Of a DNA stretch of 64,000 bases, positions 55,118 to 64,000 are shown piece by piece. The stretch is from Cyanobacteria bacterium REEB446 (lineage in GTDB: Bacteria; Cyanobacteriota; Vampirovibrionia; LMEP-6097). Both the position numbers and the translations under genes were made by a program. The stretch is from contig JAGWWP010000003.1 in NCBI GenBank assembly GCA_018970325.1, positions 15,737 through 79,736 on the forward strand. Direction: 5' to 3'. Each line of letters opens with the position of its first letter. Position 1 is the first letter of the stretch. The notes beneath the pieces are model-generated. The model saw nothing but the letters and a program-made list of their open reading frames with translations. It made no database searches and was not told where the DNA came from.

Positions 55118-56101
55118 ATGAAAGTAGAACTTTTGACTGAAGAAAAAACCAAACTACCTATATTTCCAGATATTACTATCGAAACGAAAGCACAGATTAC
55201 AGGTACTTTAGAAAAAGTTGGGATGGAGAAAGTTGAACTTGCTCTTAAGCTTCAATCTAGTAAAGGAGAAATCACTCAAATTCCAGCTTTCGCAAACCTT
55301 TATGTCAGCCTAGATGCTCCTCATAAGAAAGGGATACATATGTCTAGGCTCTTATTACAAGCACATAAGACTTTTGATGAAGAGGCTTTAAGCTATGAAT
55401 CTCTTGGGGATTTAGTTAAGAAATTAAAAGAATCTCATGCAGATATGAGTTTAAATGCTTTTGTTGAAATCGAGTTTGATTATATGTTACGCAGACCAGC
55501 TCTAGTGAGCGATAACGATGCTTGGAGATCTTACCCAGTGGTTTTAAAAGCTGAGATAAACCATGTAGATGAAATATCCTTCACGACCAGCATTCGAATA
55601 ACCTACTCTAGTACCTGCCCTTGCTCGGCAGCACTATCAAGACAGCTTATACAAGAAGAGTTTTTAAAAACATTTGGGGATAAAGCTCCTAGTGTTACAG
55701 ATATATATAACTGGTTAGGTAAAGAAGAAAGCCAAGTAGCTACTCCTCATAGTCAAAGAAGCTATGCTGATGTAGATTTTCTGCATACTGGAGAGTCTAA
55801 ACTTAGTGGGACTGCTCGCAAACGTAAAAGTTCAAGCGAATCCCTCAATCTAGATGAGATGATAGATGGTCTAGAAAAGGCTATCTCTACACCGGTACAA
55901 GCAGCTGTCAAAAGAGAAGATGAACAAGAGTTCGCTAGGCTTAATGGCAGAAACTTTATGTTTAGTGAAGATGCTGCAAGAAGATTAAAGTTTTTCTGTG
56001 AGAGCCTAGAATACCTTTCAGATTTTAGTATTAAAGTACAGCATTTAGAGAGTCTTCATGCACATAATGCCGTAGCCTTTGCGAGAAAATCATCTAGCTG
56101 A
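55118..56101 (+). CDS. folE2: GTP cyclohydrolase FolE2/MptA family
   Basis: GIHMSRL, STCPCS, PHSQRS and ESLHAHNAVA blocks. Contains a degenerate left-arm repeat fragment. Confidence 0.85.
   Translation: MKVELLTEEKTKLPIFPDITIETKAQITGTLEKVGMEKVELALKLQSSKGEITQIPAFANLYVSLDAPHKKGIHMSRLLLQAHKTFDEEALSYESLGDLVKKLKESHADMSLNAFVEIEFDYMLRRPALVSDNDAWRSYPVVLKAEINHVDEISFTTSIRITYSSTCPCSAALSRQLIQEEFLKTFGDKAPSVTDIYNWLGKEESQVATPHSQRSYADVDFLHTGESKLSGTARKRKSSSESLNLDEMIDGLEKAISTPVQAAVKREDEQEFARLNGRNFMFSEDAARRLKFFCESLEYLSDFSIKVQHLESLHAHNAVAFARKSSS
55808..55843 (+). repeat. R14: left-arm fragment inside folE2
   Basis: gggactgctcgcaaacgtaaaagttcaagcgaatcc versus the purH left arm gggactgtagccaaacgaacaagttcaaggctgagg. 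Encodes GTARKRKSSSES. Confidence 0.6.
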
Positions 56102-56185
56102 ACTATGCAGAATTAACTAGACCACGTGAATATATGATTCTAGCCGCAATGCAAGAAACTGAGTTTTCTCATTGCCTCTTTAATT

Positions 56186-56602
56186 ATGTTAGACGCATTC
56201 GCTAAACACTCATCTATAGCTAGTATCGAAGTCGGCATTAATGCACTGATGGAAAGATATAACGCAACAGCTGGAAATATCGCTAACGCTGGCACTCCTA
56301 ATTATTTAGCTAAAGAAGTTAGCTTTGAAGATGACCTAAAAAGAATACAGGATAAACTGCGTTATAACACTGAACCTGAGCTGACTCAAACAGATGAGGG
56401 TCATTTTCACATTACAGCAAATAGTATCTACGAAGCTAAAGTAGAAATTGCAGAACCTGATCGCGATTTTATGACTACAAACAATACAGTAGATCTTGAA
56501 AGAGAGATACTAACACTAGGAAAAACAGCGATGAAATACCGTGCTGTAGCCACTATGGCTAGAAAAACTTTTGAAGGCTTAAACAGCATTATTAGAGGAT
56601 AA
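56186..56602 (+). CDS. flgB: flagellar basal-body rod protein FlgB
   Basis: Size, position ahead of flgC, and the NIANAGTPNY motif. Confidence 0.85.
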   Translation: MLDAFAKHSSIASIEVGINALMERYNATAGNIANAGTPNYLAKEVSFEDDLKRIQDKLRYNTEPELTQTDEGHFHITANSIYEAKVEIAEPDRDFMTTNNTVDLEREILTLGKTAMKYRAVATMARKTFEGLNSIIRG

Positions 56603-56610
56603 ATTAAATT

Positions 56611-57018
56611 ATGCAAAGCTATGACTTAATGGATATCGCAGGTAGCGCACTCAGAGCTGAAAGGCTGAGAATGGATGTTATCGCAGGTAATATCGCTAAC
56701 ATGAATACTACGCATGCCGCAGATGGCACAGTTCAACCATATTTAAGAAAACTAGTATCTTTTAAAACTATTATGGATGAACAAACTGGCATAGTAAAAG
56801 GGGTCGCCGCAGACAGCATCATAAACGATGTGGAAGCCTTAAACACAGTCTACGACCCTAGTCATCCTGATGCCGATAATAAAGGTTATGTCTATTATCC
56901 GAATATCTCTATAGAAGAGGAAATGACAGATTTAATTACTTCTAAATCAGCTTATCAAGCAAATATCACTAGTATTCAAACCTTTAAAGAGATGTTCCGT
57001 GCAGGATTGGAGATTTAA
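56611..57018 (+). CDS. flgC: flagellar basal-body rod protein FlgC
   Basis: SALRAERLRMDVIAGNIANMNTT N-terminus and YQAN C-terminal motif. Confidence 0.9.
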   Translation: MQSYDLMDIAGSALRAERLRMDVIAGNIANMNTTHAADGTVQPYLRKLVSFKTIMDEQTGIVKGVAADSIINDVEALNTVYDPSHPDADNKGYVYYPNISIEEEMTDLITSKSAYQANITSIQTFKEMFRAGLEI

Positions 57019-57037
57019 AACTCAGAGGAAATAAATT

Positions 57038-57358
57038 ATGGACGCAATAACTAACTTAAAACTTTTTAACACTTCCGTGGAAACACCTCTATTACAGGGA
57101 AGCACTGCCTATTACGACAAGCTGAAAAGTGGTTCAGTAGAGACATTTCAAGAGACTCTAGAAAAATCTATTGCGACACTGAACGATCTATCAACCAAAT
57201 CTGGAAAGGCAATGGAAGATTATATATCTGGCAAAAATATAGATGCAAGCTCAGTAATGCTTACTATGGAAAAATCTGGCATGGCAACGAATCTGGCCAT
57301 TCAAGTCAGAAATAGATTATTAGAGGGTTATAGAGAGCTTAACAGTATTCAAGTGTAG
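57038..57358 (+). CDS. fliE: flagellar hook-basal body complex protein FliE
   Basis: About 100 aa. Gene order flgB-flgC-fliE. C-terminal conserved region (V.VRN.L.E.Y.E...). Confidence 0.75.
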   Translation: MDAITNLKLFNTSVETPLLQGSTAYYDKLKSGSVETFQETLEKSIATLNDLSTKSGKAMEDYISGKNIDASSVMLTMEKSGMATNLAIQVRNRLLEGYRELNSIQV

Positions 57359-57398
57359 TTAATAAAAAAGTTTTAAATAAAAGGGTGATTGGAAGTAA

Positions 57399-59063
57399 AT
57401 GGCTGAAGTAGAAGAAAGACAAGGTGATCTAATTGAGGATGGGTCATCAGATGATATTTCCTCTGAATCAAAAAAGAAAGGACCTAATTTAGTCCTTATT
57501 ATTAGCATCTCTCTTCTTGTTGTAGTGACAGGCATAGCTGCTTATTTTATTTTCAAACCTAAATATACAGTACTGTTCTCAGGATTAGATACCTCTGATG
57601 CTGCTGCTATAAGCTCTTATTTAAAAAAAGAAAACATTAAATTTAAAATAGAAGGCGACGGCGATACCATACTTGTAGCTGGAACCTCTGTACCTAAACT
57701 ACGCTTAGATGTCGCTGGTAAAGGTATGCCAAAAGGAACTGGAGTTGGCTTTGAGCTTTTTGATAAAAAAGACATTACCGTAACTGACTTCGGTGAAAAA
57801 TTAAAATATCATCGCGCGCTCGAAGGAGAATTAGCTAGAACTATTTCTTCATTAGAAACTGTAAAAGTAGCAAGAGTACACTTAGTCATACCCAAGAAAA
57901 GTGTTTTTGCGAATAAAGAAGAACCAGCTAGTGCTTCTGTTGTTATAACGACGATGTACGGTAAAGACCTTACCCAAGATCAAGTTAAAGGTATTCAACA
58001 TTTAGTCGCAAGCTCTATACAAGGCTTACAACCAGACAAAGTACAGATTACAGACCACACTGGAAAATCTTTAGTCAGCTTTACTACTGAACAAGCTCTT
58101 TTTGCAAATAAGCTAGAAATGAATGAGCAAAGACAGAGAGACTTTGAAAAACGCCTAGAGAAAGATCTTCAGGGTCTTCTGAGTCCGATTCTTGGTGATG
58201 GCAATGTACTAGTTAACGTTAAAGCTGAATTGAATTTCGATGAAAAGGAAATGAATATTGAGACCTACGCTCCTACAGATGAAGCTGGCACGAAGCATGA
58301 TCCAGTCGTCAGAAGTGAAAAACTGGTAACTGAAAAATATGAGAAGAACTCTAATGAAGGAGTGCGTGGTATTCCAGGAACCAAAAATAATGTCCCAACA
58401 TTTACTGGAGTAGACGTAGAGAGCATTCAAGACGTAGGTCCTAGAAAAGATTACGTTAAAGAAGATAAAACCATTAACTATGAAGTCAGTCGCATGGTAG
58501 AAAAAGTTAAGAAAGCTACTGGTGTTATTAGAAAAATTTCTGTCGCCGTAGTAGTTAATAAGGATTTATCCCCACAAGAAAGAGCCGTACTTAGACAGAC
58601 TGTAACTGTAGCCTCTGGTATAGATACAGAAAGGGGTGATCAAGTCATAATTACTGGTATTAAATTCTCTACATCAAGATACATAGATCTTGAATCAATA
58701 GAAAGAGAGAAGAGTGAACAAGAGCTAAAACGCAAAGCCACTATCAAAAAATTCGCATTCTTACTTGGAACCCTGATTGTTGGTGGAATAATGACAGCAA
58801 TAATGTTAGCACTGATGAAACAAAGTATTAACTCTGATAACACAGAAGAATTAGATAAATTACTAGATGAAGATGAGGTAGCTATTTTGAGTGATATTGA
58901 TGATAAGATCGAAGAAGCTGAATTAGCTTATAGCAAAAAGATTAGCTTAGATGGTAATAAAACTATTACTAAGATGAAAGATGAATTACAGAAAACCATC
59001 GACGAGAATCCTAAAGCCGTAGCGAAAAGCTTAGAAAGTTACATAAATGAAGTAGGAATCTAA
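57399..59063 (+). CDS. fliF: flagellar M-ring protein FliF
   Basis: YscJ/FliF family: N-terminal TM, GTGVGFELFD, ALEGELARTI, a second TM near the C-terminus. Confidence 0.9.
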   Translation: MAEVEERQGDLIEDGSSDDISSESKKKGPNLVLIISISLLVVVTGIAAYFIFKPKYTVLFSGLDTSDAAAISSYLKKENIKFKIEGDGDTILVAGTSVPKLRLDVAGKGMPKGTGVGFELFDKKDITVTDFGEKLKYHRALEGELARTISSLETVKVARVHLVIPKKSVFANKEEPASASVVITTMYGKDLTQDQVKGIQHLVASSIQGLQPDKVQITDHTGKSLVSFTTEQALFANKLEMNEQRQRDFEKRLEKDLQGLLSPILGDGNVLVNVKAELNFDEKEMNIETYAPTDEAGTKHDPVVRSEKLVTEKYEKNSNEGVRGIPGTKNNVPTFTGVDVESIQDVGPRKDYVKEDKTINYEVSRMVEKVKKATGVIRKISVAVVVNKDLSPQERAVLRQTVTVASGIDTERGDQVIITGIKFSTSRYIDLESIEREKSEQELKRKATIKKFAFLLGTLIVGGIMTAIMLALMKQSINSDNTEELDKLLDEDEVAILSDIDDKIEEAELAYSKKISLDGNKTITKMKDELQKTIDENPKAVAKSLESYINEVGI

Positions 59064-59068
59064 ATTAA

Positions 59069-59854
59069 TTGAATTTAAACGACAAAAGAAAAAAAGTTTT
59101 TTCTAATAAACTGGAATCTCAGTCTAAACCAGTCGTTATCGGTGGTGTAAGTGATGACGAGATAAAGGATCTGCCGACTAAAGAGCAAATTCTAAGGGAA
59201 AGAATTACTGAAGCCGAAATTAAGGTCAGAAAATATTTACAGCAAGCCACCGAAAAGGCTGACGCTGAAGCTAACGCCATCATCACTCGCGCAAGAGAAG
59301 AAGAGCAGTTTATACGAGATACTGCTTATAATGAGGGATTTGAAAAAGGTGAGCAGGATGCAACTAACACAATACATGAGAAATTCAGCACTATACTTTC
59401 AAACAGTGCAAACATTCTAAACTCTCTTGAACAAGAAAAACGTGAAGCCTTAGAAGATGAAGAAAGCAGTGTATTAGATTTTATTTTCATTTTAGCCGAG
59501 AAAATTATTGGTAAAGAACTCTCTCTAGATAAAGAGTCTATGCTCGGTATGGTAAAAACTGCTATCTCAGAATTGAACTACAAGCAAGATGTCAGCCTAT
59601 TCCTCCCCCCAGAAACTGCTCTACATTTAAACAAAGTAAAAAAAACTATTCTAAGCGAATTTCCAGACTTAGAAAATTTAGTTATCGTGGCAGACTCTGC
59701 TCTTAAAGATGGGGATTTAATCGTCGAAAGTAAAAAAGAAAGGTTAGATTTCAGATTAGCAGCCCAAATAAACGCTCTCGCTGAGAATTTAAAACAGAAG
59801 CGTATCTTTAAAGCTGAAGAAATAAAACTTAAGACAGAAACAGAGGATATTTAA
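59069..59854 (+). CDS. fliH: flagellar assembly protein FliH (TTG start)
   Basis: Coiled-coil N-terminal half, AYNEGFEKGEQDA motif, position directly upstream of fliI. Confidence 0.7.
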   Translation: MNLNDKRKKVFSNKLESQSKPVVIGGVSDDEIKDLPTKEQILRERITEAEIKVRKYLQQATEKADAEANAIITRAREEEQFIRDTAYNEGFEKGEQDATNTIHEKFSTILSNSANILNSLEQEKREALEDEESSVLDFIFILAEKIIGKELSLDKESMLGMVKTAISELNYKQDVSLFLPPETALHLNKVKKTILSEFPDLENLVIVADSALKDGDLIVESKKERLDFRLAAQINALAENLKQKRIFKAEEIKLKTETEDI

Positions 59855-59889
59855 GCTTAAAAGCCTTAAGTAAAGAAGAGGATAAGCAT

Positions 59890-61197
59890 ATGAAACTAAA
59901 TTTTCCTGAATTAAAAAATGATTTAAAAGACTGCTCTCAAGTCCGCACACTAGGAAAGGTTTCTAAAATTATCGGTTTAACTATCGAAGCGGACGGACTA
60001 ATAGTGGAACTCGGCGAATTATGCCTAATTAAATCAAGAAATAATTACCTGAAAACCGAGGTAGTAGGCTTCAGAGACAATTACACACTATTAATGCCAC
60101 TTGGCGAAGTTCAAGAACTTAAAATGGGAGCAGAAGTAGTGCCTACTGGAAAACAAGTTTCCATTAAAGTAGGACCTCGGCTAAAAGGCAGAATTTTAGA
60201 TGCTTTCGGTGAACCACTCGACGAAGGAATTAAACTTAGAGCTGAACACACCGCTACGCAATGGCCAGCTAAAACTTTAAATCCCCTGAAAAAGAGTCGC
60301 ATAGAAGAACAGATGTTCTTTGGAGTCAGAGCCTTAGATGGTTTCTTATCCTGTGGAAAAGGGCAGCGTATGGGAATCTTCGCTGGTTCAGGTGTAGGTA
60401 AAAGTACTCTAATGGGCATGATCGCTAAAAACGCAGATGCCGATATTAACGTCATTGCCCTTATTGGTGAGCGAGGTAGAGAGGTAAGAGAATTTATCGA
60501 AGAAAGCTTAGGAGAAGAAGGTTTAAAAAAATCAGTAGTAGTAGTAGCTACAGGAGACCAGCCTAGCTTAATTAGAGTCAAAGCAGCTCTATTCGCTCAT
60601 TCTATAGCAGAATATTTCAGGGATGTAGAAGGGAAAAATGTTTTACTAATGTTAGACAGTGTTACACGTGTAGCTTTAGCTCAAAGAGAGATAGGACTAG
60701 CAGTAGGCGAACCGCCTGCGACTAGAGGTTACACACCTAGTGTATTTTCGTTAATTCCAAGACTACTAGAAAGAAGTGGCACTGGTGAGAAGGGCAGCAT
60801 CACAGCACTCTATACAGTTCTTGTAGAGGGTGATGATATGAATGAACCTATCAGTGACCTTGCTAGAGGTGTACTCGATGGTCACATAGTACTTTCGCGG
60901 AAACTAGCTCATAGAAATCATTTCCCCGCTATAGATGTACTCCAGTCAGTGAGCAGGGTTATGGGTAGCATCGTCACCCCAGAGCATAAAGAAGCAGCTA
61001 GCCTTCTTCGCACCTACATGGCAAGCTATGAAGATGCTAAAGACCTTATTAATATTGGGGCTTACCAGCGAGGTAATAACCCAGCTATAGATAAAGCTGT
61101 GGCAGCGATAGATAAGATCAATAATATCCTTAAACAGAAAACTGAAGATTACACTAGTTATGAGGAGTTATTACAGTTGTTACAGGCAGTTAAGTAG
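59890..61197 (+). CDS. fliI: flagellum-specific ATP synthase FliI
   Basis: Walker A GSGVGKSTL, Walker B LLMLDSVTR. F1/T3SS ATPase family over the full length. Confidence 0.93.
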   Translation: MKLNFPELKNDLKDCSQVRTLGKVSKIIGLTIEADGLIVELGELCLIKSRNNYLKTEVVGFRDNYTLLMPLGEVQELKMGAEVVPTGKQVSIKVGPRLKGRILDAFGEPLDEGIKLRAEHTATQWPAKTLNPLKKSRIEEQMFFGVRALDGFLSCGKGQRMGIFAGSGVGKSTLMGMIAKNADADINVIALIGERGREVREFIEESLGEEGLKKSVVVVATGDQPSLIRVKAALFAHSIAEYFRDVEGKNVLLMLDSVTRVALAQREIGLAVGEPPATRGYTPSVFSLIPRLLERSGTGEKGSITALYTVLVEGDDMNEPISDLARGVLDGHIVLSRKLAHRNHFPAIDVLQSVSRVMGSIVTPEHKEAASLLRTYMASYEDAKDLINIGAYQRGNNPAIDKAVAAIDKINNILKQKTEDYTSYEELLQLLQAVK

Positions 61198-61220
61198 GAT
61201 TATTGTTTATAAGTCAAAGC

Positions 61221-62618
61221 TTAACTTCTATGGACTAAATCGCCCCCCACATAAACCTCTTTAACTCTAGTCTTCTCTGCATCTAAAATTAAAGCATAAG
61301 GATCTACAGAATCCAAATCTAAATTGTCATCCATCACCTCAAAAACCACGTAATCAGCATACTTAGAGTCTTCTAGGCTGCCGATCTTATCATCCATGCC
61401 TATAGCTTTAGCAGCAGAGCTAGTTAATAATTCATACTGCCGCTGAACTCCAATTCCTGCGTTTCCCGCACTCCCTACGTTCTCAACAAGCAGTTTTAAC
61501 TCTGATCTTAAATCTAAATCATAATTAGAAGCTTTACTATCAGTTCCCAAGCCGTAATTCACACCATGAGACTGCTCCCAAAGAGGAATTTTCGCCATAT
61601 TATGCTTTAAAAACTGATTACTGCGGGGGCAACTAACTAAAGAAATCTCAGGGTGATTAACAAGCTCTTGAATCTCATTCTCTGAGAGATTTATAGCATG
61701 AGTTAATAAATATTTAAGAGACCGCGAGCATGCTCCATTCCCTGCACTAAGTACGTATTTCTTAAAATAATCCCAAGATGACTCAGCCTGTTTTCTATAT
61801 CTTTTCTTCAAATCCAAGACTCCAAGTGATTCCCAGAAATCATAAAGTAACTCTAATTCTTTATCTTCATTTATTAATAAACCTTCCATATCATCGGGCG
61901 TAAGATGATACTTCTGCAAAGCTCTATCTCCAGTATTGTGATTACGCTCAAAATCTACACCTCTAAAATACTTCTCCTCTAACTCATCTTCTGCGAAGTG
62001 CATTAATAAAAGAGGCAATATGTGAGACGCAGAAGAATCTTTAGCTAGAAATACCTGTATCTCTTCGAGTAATTCGCTAGAAACACTGTATAAAGAATGT
62101 GGTGAAAAAGCGAACTGAATTTTATGGCTCTGTATCATCAGCCTTAATTCTTCTACCGCCTTATTTAAAATACTTTTAGCTTGTTGTGGATCAGAACCGA
62201 AGAGCTCAAGTCCAATAATTCCTCTTAAACCAGTTTGCTGAAAAGCTTTTACGCTTGCATCTAAGTGTGAAGTATTATCTACTAAAAATGTTGTACCTGT
62301 ACTAAGTGCAAGTCTTGCTCCAGCTAGGCTTGCACTTACTGGATCGAAAGATTCATTTTGAACTTTATGCATTAAATCTTTTAACCAAGCAAAAAGATTT
62401 TTAGGCTTTAAATCTAAATGCGTATATGCAAGATGTGAGTGTAAATTTATAAATCCTGGTGAAATTATCTGTTTTTTGGCTAGGTTATCTGGTGTATTTA
62501 TTTCAGATAAGGCTGATACATTAGCTATATAACCATTTTCTGAGTTGATTTTAGCGTTTTTGACTAGTTCTTTTGAGTTCCTGATTATTATATTCTGGGT
62601 ATATTGATCTAGTACCAT
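61221..62618 (-). CDS. amidohydrolase-superfamily protein (deaminase/chlorohydrolase-like)
   Basis: Metal-binding HxH (FINLHSHLAY) and a C-terminal D motif region. Carries a degenerate repeat copy (GSAGNAGIGVQRQ). Confidence 0.7.
   Translation of the reverse strand: MVLDQYTQNIIIRNSKELVKNAKINSENGYIANVSALSEINTPDNLAKKQIISPGFINLHSHLAYTHLDLKPKNLFAWLKDLMHKVQNESFDPVSASLAGARLALSTGTTFLVDNTSHLDASVKAFQQTGLRGIIGLELFGSDPQQAKSILNKAVEELRLMIQSHKIQFAFSPHSLYSVSSELLEEIQVFLAKDSSASHILPLLLMHFAEDELEEKYFRGVDFERNHNTGDRALQKYHLTPDDMEGLLINEDKELELLYDFWESLGVLDLKKRYRKQAESSWDYFKKYVLSAGNGACSRSLKYLLTHAINLSENEIQELVNHPEISLVSCPRSNQFLKHNMAKIPLWEQSHGVNYGLGTDSKASNYDLDLRSELKLLVENVGSAGNAGIGVQRQYELLTSSAAKAIGMDDKIGSLEDSKYADYVVFEVMDDNLDLDSVDPYALILDAEKTRVKEVYVGGDLVHRS
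61436..61475 (-). repeat. R15: degenerate half-element inside the amidohydrolase gene
   Basis: catactgccgctgaactccaattcctgcgtttcccgcactc, core with 2 mismatches. Encodes GSAGNAGIGVQRQ. Confidence 0.75.
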
Positions 62619-62642
62619 AGCTTTTAGCTTAACACCAACAAA

Positions 62643-62972
62643 ATGTACGATATTATGCTTGAATTAGAAATTGTCCGGAATGAAGAGAAACATCTTGAAA
62701 TTGAGGTGGGTGGGCAATTGCTTTATAGTGAGGCTGAGAAATTTAAAGAGACTATTCTGCCATACTTAAAAGAACAGAATAAAGTAACCATAGATTGTAA
62801 AAGATTAGATTTTATTGATAGTGCGGGAATGGGTTCTTTTGTAAGACTCTGGAAAGAGTGTAAAATCATTGGAGCGGACCTTGAATTTCAGAATGTGGTA
62901 GATCACGTTCAAAACCTTTTAAAAATCGCAAGGTTACACCAATTAACAAGTATTAGTTCCCAGACTAGCTAA
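62643..62972 (+). CDS. STAS-domain anti-sigma-factor antagonist-like protein
   Basis: SpoIIAA-like size (109 aa) and a DFIDSAGMG phospho-serine motif. Confidence 0.75.
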   Translation: MYDIMLELEIVRNEEKHLEIEVGGQLLYSEAEKFKETILPYLKEQNKVTIDCKRLDFIDSAGMGSFVRLWKECKIIGADLEFQNVVDHVQNLLKIARLHQLTSISSQTS

Positions 62973-62973
62973 A

Positions 62974-64000
62974 GTGAAAAATAATTCTAAAACCACTGAC
63001 ACCGATAATATAGAAGAGACTGATAAAGCAAATGCAGAAAATGGACTTGTGCATCGGTCTCTAGAAGAATTACAAGCACAGCTCGAAAGCCTCACTAAAC
63101 AGCTTGAGGAAGAGCGCTTATTGAATGCAGAAAAAACTGCAATCATGGAAAAGACTTTAGCTGAGACTGAAAGATTATCTCTCTATTTACAAAACACCAC
63201 CTTCGCTTTAATGCAGGAAAGACAATCTGCCCATGCTCTTGCTGAAAGAGAAAGACTTTTAAATCAGTGGGTAGAAAAAGTTAACAGCTCACTTAACATC
63301 ACTCATATACTTAAATATCTAACTAAGCAGATGGCTAAATTCTTTAAAGTGAGTCGCTGTGGGATAGTTTTTTTACAAGGTAATAAATTTCAAGTCGTGG
63401 AGTTCTGTGAAGATGAGCATGGGCGTAACCTCGAATATAATTTACTGAAACGAGATGAATTTTTCTTTCGGATACTCAGATGTAAAAGACCTCTACAATT
63501 TGAAGAAATAAACCTTGAATACTCTAATCATTTCCTAGATGATGTTTTCTCTTTTCTTTCAGTACCCTTATTACTCAGGAACGAAGTCTTAGGCTTGATT
63601 TATTTACAAGACTGTTCAAGACACAATGACTGGCAAGATAATGATATTCAGTTATTACAAGCGATCTCTTATCCGTTAATGACAGCGATAGAAAGAGCAC
63701 GCTTATTTAAAAAATCACATGAAAGGACTAAACAAGCAGAACTCTTAAATAGCTTAACTAGCCAAATTCGCTCAAGTTTAAATCTTAAGGATATACTCTC
63801 TAGAACCGTTAACGAGTTAGGTTTTGCCGTAAAAGTCTCTCGCTGTTTCCTTTTCATGGATGATCACATTTCAGAAGAATTCTGTGCCACTGGTGTTCCC
63901 AATATAGCAGGGCAATGCAAGCATTTAATTCTCAATAAGTTAAATACTAAAGATATCTACGCGACGATAATCATCGAGAACCTGATTTCGACCGAAAATC
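62974..64000 (+). CDS. GAF-domain protein (at least 2 GAF domains), 3'-truncated by the window edge
   Basis: Not in the supplied ORF track. I translated it manually from the GTG at 62974 and found it open to the window end. Coiled-coil N-terminus, then two GAF-like blocks (VSRCGIVFL..., VSRCFLFMDD...). Confidence 0.6.
   Translation, partial: MKNNSKTTDTDNIEETDKANAENGLVHRSLEELQAQLESLTKQLEEERLLNAEKTAIMEKTLAETERLSLYLQNTTFALMQERQSAHALAERERLLNQWVEKVNSSLNITHILKYLTKQMAKFFKVSRCGIVFLQGNKFQVVEFCEDEHGRNLEYNLLKRDEFFFRILRCKRPLQFEEINLEYSNHFLDDVFSFLSVPLLLRNEVLGLIYLQDCSRHNDWQDNDIQLLQAISYPLMTAIERARLFKKSHERTKQAELLNSLTSQIRSSLNLKDILSRTVNELGFAVKVSRCFLFMDDHISEEFCATGVPNIAGQCKHLILNKLNTKDIYATIIIENLISTEN
63022..63054 (+). 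repeat. R18: possible decayed copy in the GAF-protein gene
   Basis: gataaagcaaatgcagaaaatggacttgtgcat contains the 12-nt run gcagaaaatgga, identical to R4b and R7. Encodes ANAENGLVH. Confidence 0.4.

Noticed and set aside
56102-56185. A sigma28 or sigma54 promoter upstream of flgB (GCCGCAAT resembles the sigma28 -10 element GCCGATAA)
   Set aside because: There is no TAAA -35 element at the right spacing and no GG-N10-GC element. The evidence is insufficient.
1-63054. Whether the recurring 21-nt core could be a CRISPR array or CRISPR remnants
   Set aside because: Copies are kilobases apart and irregularly spaced, lie on both strands and mostly sit inside genes. There is no repeat-spacer periodicity and there are no cas genes.
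1-64000. A search for tRNA, rRNA, tmRNA or riboswitch-like elements in the spacers
   Set aside because: The spacers are short, mostly under 120 nt. None showed cloverleaf-compatible or known riboswitch consensus sequence on inspection. A covariance-model scan would be needed to be sure.

Overview
A+T-rich bacterial chromosomal window, densely coded with about 56 genes; I found no rRNA, tRNA or CRISPR array. Gene content is mostly housekeeping:
- a siroheme and assimilatory sulfate reduction operon (sir-cysH-sirC-cobA)
- wecB and a MalK-like ABC ATPase
- crtI-crtB, ilvD, aspS, hom
- an ABC exporter pair
- the methionine-salvage genes mtnB-mtnD-mtnC, with mtnA elsewhere
- rnhB, trmFO, a solitary nuoN/ndhB-like gene, purH
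- prfB with its programmed +1 frameshift
- a class A PBP, rlmB, a DnaJ-like protein, folE2
- a flagellar block flgB-flgC-fliE-fliF-fliH-fliI with no fliG
- a STAS/GAF partner-switching-like pair at the right edge

Accessory and defence-like loci:
- an intact Type III restriction-modification pair (mod/res, 3997-8765)
- a translationally coupled AlbA_2/Schlafen-like plus ParA-like pair (20463-22657)
- an AAA(DUF4143) ATPase plus a 613-aa protein with a PD-(D/E)xK-like motif (35296-38358)
- a decayed PstI/BsuBI-type methyltransferase pseudogene plus a truncated DUF262 gene (46431-48229)

The most unusual signal is a dense family of miniature palindromic elements, with at least 18 copies in 64 kb. 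They are built around the near-invariant 21-nt core GAAAACGCAGAAATTGGAGTT.
- Three full-length copies are each exactly 121 bp. They have 16-nt terminal inverted repeats (GGGCGTGTAGCnrAAC) and 5-bp flanking direct repeats, so an insertion adds 126 nt, which is 42 codons.
- Shorter forms of 94 bp, about 45 bp and solo half-elements also occur.
- Every intragenic copy lies in one orientation and one reading frame. These copies add acidic/basic peptides (...VAKRTSSRLRRTNDRSVL.VHEDHEDDENAEIGVSLHA...) to otherwise ordinary enzymes: WecB, the ABC ATPase, MtnA/B/C, PurH, FolE2, an amidohydrolase and a histidine kinase.
- Element termini also supply the stop codons of cobA and mtnA.

This resembles the in-frame insertions of Rickettsia palindromic elements and the architecture of REPINs. 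No mobilising gene is visible in the window.
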